Source of the DNA: Nitrosopumilaceae archaeon
Lineage (GTDB): Archaea; Thermoproteota; Nitrososphaeria; Nitrososphaerales; Nitrosopumilaceae
Reading direction: 5' to 3'
DNA length: 64,000 nt
Assembly: GCA_052389415.1 (NCBI GenBank)
Contig: JBQTHX010000014.1
Span: 1-64,000 of the forward strand
This document shows, one piece after another, positions 29,567 to 36,953 of this stretch. The position numbers and the translations under genes are program-made. The number at the start of each line of letters is the position of its first letter. The first letter of the stretch is position 1. Below the pieces are notes generated by a model. It was not told where the DNA came from and did no database searches. It worked only from the letters and a program-made list of their open reading frames with translations.

Positions 29567-31372
29567 TTAGTCTAGAACCTGATTCGTACGATATTTCTTA
29601 GCAGAAATTTGTAGTGCCTTCATATTTTCTTTGTATGATAAATCCTTGAGAGAATCTTTGTTTTCTCTATCTAATTTCCCTACATTACTTGGATAGTAGA
29701 ACTTGAATTCTTTCTTGTTATCTTCAGTGGAGCTAAATGGATTACCAATTAATGACTGTGACACAGTTTGTGCTTTCGTATCTTCGTTGATTATCGATTT
29801 ATCAAATCCATTATCATGTCTTTCTGATTTTCCAACATATTGTGGATAGACTATGGGAAATGATTTAGGATGAACCTGGTTTTCTTCCAATCCTCCAAAT
29901 GAATTGTAATAAATTAAATTTCCTTCTGAATCAGCATCTGGAATCTCATAGTATGGTAGTTTGTAGTATGGTATGATAATATCAGCAGAATCTGGAACAA
30001 TCAGGTTACTTGCATCTGGATTGACAAGAGGTTCACCATCTATCTTTAGAGCATCAAATATCTTTATGTCTCCAGAATTTCGTAGTTCATCCCATGTTCG
30101 TATGATTACATCAGATGTATCCATTGGTTTTGCAAATGTCAAGTTAAATTCAGCAACATACTTGCCATCGTATTCTGATTCTGTGAAATTTACATTAGCA
30201 AAGTACCCATTAGGATCTGTGATTCCTAGTGGTTTATCTTCATGATAAATGACAAAAGTATCGCTGTTTGATATCTCTCTCTTGTCTTCTCGCAGGTTAG
30301 TGTAGAATCCAATATGCTCTACTCCTGTGGAGTCAAATAATATCATCTTAAATGAGATTGGTTCTCCAGTTTTTCCTGTGTAGGTCTGAATTGTATTTGC
30401 ATACTGGGTAAGAAGATAGCCATTACCATTAATCGATAGCGGATAGTCTATTGAAGAGTCATCAAGCGGTGCAATGGGTGTGAATGGGTCTGCATTTGTA
30501 ATGAAATTCAAAATGTCACCAACTAATGGAAGACTGGACAGGTTTAACTTTGGAATAGTAAGTTGAGGTGCAATAAAGTCTCCTCCAGAGGCACCGCCAG
30601 CAAGAACATCAAGAACTATTCTGTTTATTACTAGACCTCCGCCAGAGCCTCCGCCTCCACAACCACTTTCGCCGACGCTTAATACGGCAGTATCGGTATG
30701 AGAGGAATCTCCATACGTCACAGTTACTGTATCCCCAAACTCCGCTTTTATAGCTCCAAACGAACTACCATCTTGGATCGGTGTTATTTGACCATTTACT
30801 ATATTTCCACATGGAGGAAAAATGTTGAAGATTTCACCAGATGTTATCTGAAAAATATTTTCATTGGAAGGACCTGTTGCTGACAGAGTAAAGATTCCTT
30901 TGAAAACTCCAGTGTTAGGTCCTGTCTCGGTAATCACCGGTTCAATGAACTCTCCATCTCTTGTGTCGACGAATAATGTTAATACATCTATTACATTTGG
31001 ATCATAGAAATTTTCGTTCACATATGTTGCCTCCAGAGTGGTCTCCAACGGGAACTTGTTGTCTCCATTCATCAAATAAAGCTGGGGAACAAGAGTAGTT
31101 GGCTCAAGATTGTCAAAAAATCCTGGAAAAACCTCGTTAAGAAGAAGCGTGATTCCAACAGGATCACTAGTTGTTGTTACAGTAACAGATACTGTTCCAG
31201 CTCCTGTCAAAGCTGGATCAAATAAACGGATTTCTACCGGATATGTCCAAGATAGATCAGTTGCGATGAAATCTACTGTGGCATGGCTTGCGGAAGCAAA
31301 AGATGATCCATCAAATAAAATGAAAATTGTTCCTGTAATAATCATTAGAAAAACTATTTTCATTTTGTCCAT
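29567..31372 (-). CDS. Secreted surface protein with S-layer-like Ig repeats
   Basis: Signal peptide (..SSFASA), TETGPNTGVFKG motif, GGGGSGGG linker, beta-rich C-terminal domain. Confidence 0.7.
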   Translation of the reverse strand: MDKMKIVFLMIITGTIFILFDGSSFASASHATVDFIATDLSWTYPVEIRLFDPALTGAGTVSVTVTTTSDPVGITLLLNEVFPGFFDNLEPTTLVPQLYLMNGDNKFPLETTLEATYVNENFYDPNVIDVLTLFVDTRDGEFIEPVITETGPNTGVFKGIFTLSATGPSNENIFQITSGEIFNIFPPCGNIVNGQITPIQDGSSFGAIKAEFGDTVTVTYGDSSHTDTAVLSVGESGCGGGGSGGGLVINRIVLDVLAGGASGGDFIAPQLTIPKLNLSSLPLVGDILNFITNADPFTPIAPLDDSSIDYPLSINGNGYLLTQYANTIQTYTGKTGEPISFKMILFDSTGVEHIGFYTNLREDKREISNSDTFVIYHEDKPLGITDPNGYFANVNFTESEYDGKYVAEFNLTFAKPMDTSDVIIRTWDELRNSGDIKIFDALKIDGEPLVNPDASNLIVPDSADIIIPYYKLPYYEIPDADSEGNLIYYNSFGGLEENQVHPKSFPIVYPQYVGKSERHDNGFDKSIINEDTKAQTVSQSLIGNPFSSTEDNKKEFKFYYPSNVGKLDRENKDSLKDLSYKENMKALQISAKKYRTNQVLD

Positions 31373-31553
31373 TATGTGAAGTTGATTCTTCAAGGAATGA
31401 TAAAAACAAGATCCTGTTTCAGATCTGGAAATTAATAATTTTTATAAAAAATCATTGAATTTTAACTATAATTCCTTAACATTTATAGCTCCGAAATAAC
31501 ACATACATATGTGAAGTAGCAATGAGGTGCAAATGAGGTAGCACTTTGCAGGT

Positions 31554-31817
31554 ATGATTGCAGTAATTTCTGTCTCTAAAGCATATTCTCACAGAGGTAA
31601 TCATAGGCACAGACCTAACACTAAGAAGCATTGGTATGTCTACTATGTCGATGATGAAGGTAGACTGGGTACAAAGAAAGTAAACTTTCTAGAAGCAATG
31701 TTTTACAAGAGTCTCAAGACACATAGATACAAGTATTATTGCCAAGAGTGCGGAAGTTATTTTCTAGCCTTTTTGAAATCAAAAAAGAAATCCATAGAAT
31801 GTCCTAATTGTTCATGA
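31554..31817 (+). CDS. Small basic zinc-ribbon protein
   Basis: HRGNHRHR, WYVYYVDDEG, CQEC...CPNC; AGGT upstream of ATG. Confidence 0.72.
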   Translation: MIAVISVSKAYSHRGNHRHRPNTKKHWYVYYVDDEGRLGTKKVNFLEAMFYKSLKTHRYKYYCQECGSYFLAFLKSKKKSIECPNCS

Positions 31818-31836
31818 ATGTCACTATGTTGGTGAA

Positions 31837-32355
31837 TCAATAACCCAAACTGATAACATCTCTGACTTCTTGAAAAATTCTCTGGTGTAATTTAGTATAC
31901 AGCCTTTTTTTATGGATAAAATAATCAATTGACGTATTGATTAGATCTCCTGCCAAGGCATTTTTCCATGGTTGTTTATAATCTTGAGGTTCTGTGACAC
32001 TCAATATTCTTGCAAAAAGGGTTTTCATATCAGTCCTTCTCCATATTCCTTTATTTTTATCAAGTTCAACATAATCTTCTTTTACAAGAGGTCTAAAAAT
32101 GTCTTCTAATTGTACATCATTTGCAATTTCACAAATCAGTTGCAGATCTAGTATTGCATTTTGAGCCGTATGCTTTATTCTCCACCAAAAATCAGAATCC
32201 TCTGTTTGCCGTTCCTTTTTCTTTAAACCCAACAGTCTTTTTTTCTGATTTGGACTAAGAAACCCTCTATTTTTGAGAAGAAATCCATATCTCATTCTTA
32301 AACGTTCTAACTGATTTTGATTCAATTCTCGTGTATATTCACGATAACTACCCAT
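31837..32355 (-). CDS. Hypothetical basic helical protein of accessory block
   Basis: 172-aa ORF with ATG; no recognised family; divergent from the cas1-like fragment. Confidence 0.7.
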   Translation of the reverse strand: MGSYREYTRELNQNQLERLRMRYGFLLKNRGFLSPNQKKRLLGLKKKERQTEDSDFWWRIKHTAQNAILDLQLICEIANDVQLEDIFRPLVKEDYVELDKNKGIWRRTDMKTLFARILSVTEPQDYKQPWKNALAGDLINTSIDYFIHKKRLYTKLHQRIFQEVRDVISLGY

Positions 32356-32447
32356 ATTCTCATTGAATTATTGTTATATCCTTTCAGATTATGATATTCA
32401 TTGAATAAAATCAACAAACTTGAGAAAGAGAGAAAAGATCACGGAAT

Positions 32448-32540
32448 TTGACACTGAAAGAACACATAAACCACTACAACGTAAAATTCCTAAAAGGCTA
32501 CGGATTCTCAGTCAATGTCAATGTCTCTTTAGAAGAATAA
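32448..32540 (+). pseudogene. cas1: Truncated N-terminus of solo/casposon-type Cas1 (casposase)
   Basis: TTG-started frame MTLKEHINHYNVKFLKGYGFSVNV then early stop; resembles the recalled N-terminus (MTL....NHYNVK.L.GYG.S) of Nitrosopumilus solo Cas1 proteins; needs a search to confirm. Confidence 0.7.
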
Positions 32541-32594
32541 TTCATAGGAATAGACATAGATTCATTCATAATTTTAGAATTAGATTTTTGTAAC

Positions 32595-33950
32595 TTATCT
32601 TCTGGAATGTTTCATACAGTTTTGAACAAAATTTCTTGCAATTCCTGGTAATCCAAAATGTATATGCATGTATGAAGCTAGGGTGTTATATTGCATCAAA
32701 CCATCTTTTTGGTTTTTTATACCAATACCAATGGATAGATCATAAGCAAATTTGGAATCCTTTGGTACTGACTCTAGCTCAGAAAAATGAAACTCATGTC
32801 CTTGTATTGTGCTTGAAGTCTTTGCTATAAGACAATCATTTACTATTTTTGCTTTAGTATAGTTTAGCTTGAGTTTTTTTTGCATCTTTGTTGTAGCATC
32901 ATAAAGGCCCACCATCTTAAATTTTTTAGAACCATAATCAATTGATCTTGTAAGATACATCAAACCACCGCATTCTGCATAGATTGGAGTCCTAGACTCG
33001 GCAAGTGTCTTGATGTTTTTTTGTATTCTGGAGTTTTTCTCAAGTGCCTCACCCATCACTTCAGGAAAACCACCTCCAATGTAGATTCCATCACAGTCAG
33101 GTACCTCCAAGTCAGATACAGGACTAAAAAACTCTAACCTTGCTCCTTCTTTTTGTAGGGCATCCAAATTATCCTGATAATAAAAATTAAAGGATTCATC
33201 CAGTGCAACCGCAATTGTTGTTTTCTGTTTTGGATTTTTTTCCTTAGGAATTGAACCAAAAGATGGAATTTTGCTTCCAATCTGGATGATTTTGCCAATA
33301 TCGATAAAACTTGACATTGCTTTTGCTATTTTTGATATCTTTGACTGAAGCCGTCTTTGTTCAGAAACTGGAATCAATCCAAGGTGTCTTGATTCCATTG
33401 TAAGATCAGGATCCCTTGGAATAACACCAACAATAGGAATATTCAATGAAGAAAGTGCCTGCCTACAGAGATTCTCATGTTTTTTGCTACCAACCTTGTT
33501 TAGAATAAAACCAGAAATCCTAGAATTCTTTTGAAATTTCATAAATCCAAGGGCTGTCGCAGCTATTGAACGTGCAGTTTTGCTTGCGTCTAAAACAAGA
33601 ACTACAGGAGCTTTTAAAATCTCAGCTACGTGATATGTACTAGAAAAATTGGAATCGCCAGAAAATCCATCATAGAATCCCATAACTCCTTCTATCACAG
33701 AAAAATCAGAGCTGGAGTTTTTTACAAAACTTGTTTCAACTGCCCTCAAACCCATAAGCCAAGGATCCAAGTTTCGTGCAGGATTACCAGAAACTGCGGA
33801 AAGATAGCTTGGATCTATAAAATCTGGCCCAACCTTGAATGGCTGTACAGAATATCCACTTTTTTTGATACCGTGTATAATTGCTGCAGTAATTGAGGTC
33901 TTGCCAACACCGCTTGATGTTCCTGCAATAACAATTCGTGGAATTTTCAT
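32595..33950 (-). CDS. cbiA: Cobyrinate a,c-diamide synthase
   Basis: SGVGKT, FKVGPDFID, IEGVMG, SRHLGL, GATase AECGG, GHEFH. Confidence 0.96.
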   Translation of the reverse strand: MKIPRIVIAGTSSGVGKTSITAAIIHGIKKSGYSVQPFKVGPDFIDPSYLSAVSGNPARNLDPWLMGLRAVETSFVKNSSSDFSVIEGVMGFYDGFSGDSNFSSTYHVAEILKAPVVLVLDASKTARSIAATALGFMKFQKNSRISGFILNKVGSKKHENLCRQALSSLNIPIVGVIPRDPDLTMESRHLGLIPVSEQRRLQSKISKIAKAMSSFIDIGKIIQIGSKIPSFGSIPKEKNPKQKTTIAVALDESFNFYYQDNLDALQKEGARLEFFSPVSDLEVPDCDGIYIGGGFPEVMGEALEKNSRIQKNIKTLAESRTPIYAECGGLMYLTRSIDYGSKKFKMVGLYDATTKMQKKLKLNYTKAKIVNDCLIAKTSSTIQGHEFHFSELESVPKDSKFAYDLSIGIGIKNQKDGLMQYNTLASYMHIHFGLPGIARNFVQNCMKHSRR

Positions 33951-35170
33951 GAACCTGTTCCTGTTATGTTTTTTATCATATCAAAAAGTTGTCTAACTGC
34001 CAATTTAGGATGATGTGTTGCCAGACCAATCATACTTGAAATGCTAAAATCTGCTTTAATAAAGTCAAGAAATTCTTCAGGTGATAGCTCATTTATTATC
34101 TCAATCTCTTTATCCCATTCTTTATCGGTTAGCCTAAGCCATCTACTTTGTACTTTGATAGCAGCCTTAATCTTTGAGCCTATAGCTTTTTTCCAATAAT
34201 CTTCGTATGGTTTTAACGATTCTTTTGACGTATTACCTTGTAAAATAGATTCAGCTCCTACCTGTCCAGCTAGACGACCAAACTCAATTGCATATCTAAT
34301 TCCTTCAAGTACCAAGGGATTGGCATGCCCTGCTGCATCACCAACAAGTATCAGGTTATCAGCAACCGTATCATGTGTTAAACCTTCATTTGGTATTAGT
34401 CCATAATGGAATTCAATGGGAATTATTTTTCCTAGTTGAGCTAATGGACCAGGTTTTTTGTCAACAAGTTCTAGTAAGCGTTGTGTAGGATCCACTTGTG
34501 ACTCCGGTTTTCCTATACCAACACCAATTCTTACTTTATTCTTACCTAATGGGAAAATCCATGCATAGCCAGCAGGAGAATATTGTTGCCCTACCATCAG
34601 AGCCCATGTTTCTGGATCAACATTTTCTACATAGGCTTCATATTCTGCTCCAACTCCAAATCTTTTCCATTGTTGAACTATACCAAGATTTTTCCCAACT
34701 ATTGAGTGAAAACCACTTGCGTCAATTACAAGTTTAGAGTTAAAAATTAGATCGTCTTTTAGAGACGTCGCTTTAACTCCTACTAGTTTACCTACATTGA
34801 TCAAAGGTGATACCACATTAGTTCGTACAAAAATATCTGCACCTACATTAGCTGCTTGATATGCCAAAAACTGGTAAGTTTTTCGAACATCTAAAACTGC
34901 TGCTTGATATTCACTACTATGTATTGTTACTTGATTATTTGGTGAATAAAAAGAGTAATTTTTTATAGGATTATAAAAATCGGGTGTAATCCCAAATTTT
35001 TTAATCTCGTTAATCCAAGTTACCCCACTAGTTCTAATAGTTTGTGCAATCGCTTCTTCTCTTTCAAGCACTGCTACACGTATTCCTTTTTTTGCAGCTG
35101 CCCATGCAGCAGATGAACCTGCAGGTCCTGCACCTACAATTACTAAATCATAATTGTATTCCTTAGTCAT
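33947..35170 (-). CDS. Geranylgeranyl reductase-family FAD oxidoreductase
   Basis: VGAGPAGS, IDASG, GYAWIFP, VGDAAG..NP...EGI. Confidence 0.88.
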   Translation of the reverse strand: MTKEYNYDLVIVGAGPAGSSAAWAAAKKGIRVAVLEREEAIAQTIRTSGVTWINEIKKFGITPDFYNPIKNYSFYSPNNQVTIHSSEYQAAVLDVRKTYQFLAYQAANVGADIFVRTNVVSPLINVGKLVGVKATSLKDDLIFNSKLVIDASGFHSIVGKNLGIVQQWKRFGVGAEYEAYVENVDPETWALMVGQQYSPAGYAWIFPLGKNKVRIGVGIGKPESQVDPTQRLLELVDKKPGPLAQLGKIIPIEFHYGLIPNEGLTHDTVADNLILVGDAAGHANPLVLEGIRYAIEFGRLAGQVGAESILQGNTSKESLKPYEDYWKKAIGSKIKAAIKVQSRWLRLTDKEWDKEIEIINELSPEEFLDFIKADFSISSMIGLATHHPKLAVRQLFDMIKNITGTGS

Positions 35171-35335
35171 CAAATCACCATCTTTAAAGCGAAGATTATA
35201 AACCACTCATTTTTTTGTTTCATTTATTTTTGGTTTAAACTTTTAAGAAATCCCTTCAGTGAGTGTTTATTATGAATTGGATTGATCTGTGGATAACCGT
35301 CGTGGTTATTTATAATGAATATTGAATTACATAGT

Positions 35336-35869
35336 ATGGGAGAAAATGGACTTGTTATTGTTTATACAGGTAAAGGAAAAGGTAAAACCACTGCTGCCCT
35401 TGGAATAGCATTACGTGCTGTAGGATATAATTACAAAATTTGTATGATACAATTCATCAAAGGTTCATGGCACTATGGTGAAATGATTTCCTCAAAAAGA
35501 TTAGAGCCAGAATTTGAGCTTACTGCTGTTGGTAAGGGTTTTGTTGGAATTATTGATGACAAGAGTCCTCTTGATGAACATAAAAAAATCGCCCAAGAAG
35601 CATTACAACTATGCAAAGAAAAAATTGGAACCGAAAAATATGATATCATTATCCTCGATGAAATAAACTATGCAATAGACCTAGGATTAATAAAACTAGA
35701 TGATGTATTAGATTTAATTAAAAATAAACCTCAGAAATTAAACCTAATTCTTACTGGAAATCATGTAAAAAAGGAGATTATTGAAATTGCAGATCTTGTT
35801 ACTGAGATGAATGAGATAAAACATCCTTTCAAATCTGGTATCAAAGCAAAGAAAGGTATCGATTTTTAA
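35336..35869 (+). CDS. cobO: Cob(I)alamin adenosyltransferase (CobA/CobO/BtuR)
   Basis: YTGKGKGKTTAALG, QFIKG, ILDEI, LTG, KHPF..G..A.KGIDF. Confidence 0.95.
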   Translation: MGENGLVIVYTGKGKGKTTAALGIALRAVGYNYKICMIQFIKGSWHYGEMISSKRLEPEFELTAVGKGFVGIIDDKSPLDEHKKIAQEALQLCKEKIGTEKYDIIILDEINYAIDLGLIKLDDVLDLIKNKPQKLNLILTGNHVKKEIIEIADLVTEMNEIKHPFKSGIKAKKGIDF

Positions 35870-35908
35870 TCAGCAACATTAAATTACGCAGGGAAAATTT
35901 GAAGAATT

Positions 35909-36709
35909 GTGACTACAGAAATACATGAACTTCCAGAAGTAGGTGAAATCGTTGTTGCCACTGTTACAAGAATAGTGGACCAAGGAGCATATGTTAGCCT
36001 GGATGAATTCAATAACATTCAAGGATTTTTGCACATATCAGAAATTGCAACAGGTTGGATTAGAAGTGTAGAAAAATTTGTTAAGATCGGGGAGAAAAAA
36101 ATTCTTCTAGTAAAAAGAGTAAATACTGCTAGATCAGAAATAGATTTATCGTTAAAACAAGTCTCCTCAGATCAAAAGAAAAAGAAACTTTTAGAATTAA
36201 AACGAAATGAAAAAGAACAAGTTCTTATTGATGGTTTGAAGTCAAAAGCTGGACTTTCACAGACTGAAGTAGAAAAATTGGAGGAAGTTTTGATTAATAA
36301 ATTCAATTCAATTTACGATGCATTTGCAGAAATAGTATCAAAAGGAATAACAGTTTTGGATGGACTGAATCTATCAAAAAAAGTAATTTCAGCAATAGAA
36401 GAGATCAGTTCAAAGATTCAAGTTCCACATGTAGAAATACGTGGGGTATTGGAAATTACCTGCACAAAACCTGAGGGAATAGAGATTATTAAAAAATCAC
36501 TTTTTGAAGCCACGGAAAACAAGGATGCTGCTGTAGAAATTAGCTACATAGGAGCGCCGAAATATAGATTAACTATTTCTGCACAGGATTTCAAGACTGC
36601 TGAAAGAGCACTTAAACCAGTGCTTTCTACAATTCAGGCCTCGATTGAAAAGAAGGGCGGCACTTTCAAATTTACTAGAGAAGAATCAAAGAAGACCAGA
36701 GAGGGATGA
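35909..36709 (+). CDS. Translation initiation factor aIF-2 alpha
   Basis: S1 domain LPEVGEIVVATV, LHISEIATGW, IDLSLK, YIGAPKYR. Confidence 0.95.
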   Translation: MTTEIHELPEVGEIVVATVTRIVDQGAYVSLDEFNNIQGFLHISEIATGWIRSVEKFVKIGEKKILLVKRVNTARSEIDLSLKQVSSDQKKKKLLELKRNEKEQVLIDGLKSKAGLSQTEVEKLEEVLINKFNSIYDAFAEIVSKGITVLDGLNLSKKVISAIEEISSKIQVPHVEIRGVLEITCTKPEGIEIIKKSLFEATENKDAAVEISYIGAPKYRLTISAQDFKTAERALKPVLSTIQASIEKKGGTFKFTREESKKTREG

Positions 36710-36710
36710 T

Positions 36711-36866
36711 ATGAAATTTCAGATGCGTAAGTGCATCTCCTGTAAAAGGTATACTCTAAAAGAGGATTGTCCTAGCTGTGGAAATAAAACTGTGACAGTC
36801 CATCCTGGAAAATATTCACCTGATGATAAATATGCAAGATACCGAGTTTCAGATCGTTACAAGTAA
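36711..36866 (+). CDS. nop10: H/ACA RNP protein Nop10
   Basis: RKC..C..YTLKE.CP.CG..T...HP.KYSPDDKY; conserved position after aIF-2 alpha. Confidence 0.93.
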   Translation: MKFQMRKCISCKRYTLKEDCPSCGNKTVTVHPGKYSPDDKYARYRVSDRYK

Positions 36867-36953
36867 ATTTCCCTAAATTTTTAGAATGAACAATGTACAT
36901 TTTGAGTAGATTTAGAAGTTACAACATATAGGGTTTCAATATCAAACTGTTGA

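Larger units (their letters stand above)
29493..32594. mobile_element. Accessory block / possible decayed casposon-related remnant between cbiC and cbiA
   Basis: Non-core ORFs plus cas1-like fragment between convergent cobalamin genes; no TIR or TSD found, so boundaries are nominal. Confidence 0.45.

Noticed and set aside
31412-31432. Near-palindrome tttcagatctggaaa resembling an ORB origin box
   Set aside because: Single imperfect copy, no G-string, no adjacent cdc6/orc1
29493-32594. CRISPR array, terminal inverted repeats or target-site duplication around the cas1 fragment
   Set aside because: No regularly spaced repeats and no convincing matching ends found by eye
35288-35296. Perfect bacterial DnaA box (TGTGGATAA) upstream of cobO
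   Set aside because: Isolated 9-mer in an archaeon without DnaA; expected by chance
35207-35335. Possible cobalamin riboswitch between the GGR-like gene and cobO
   Set aside because: AT-rich, no B12-box consensus; only a small ataacc/ggttat hairpin
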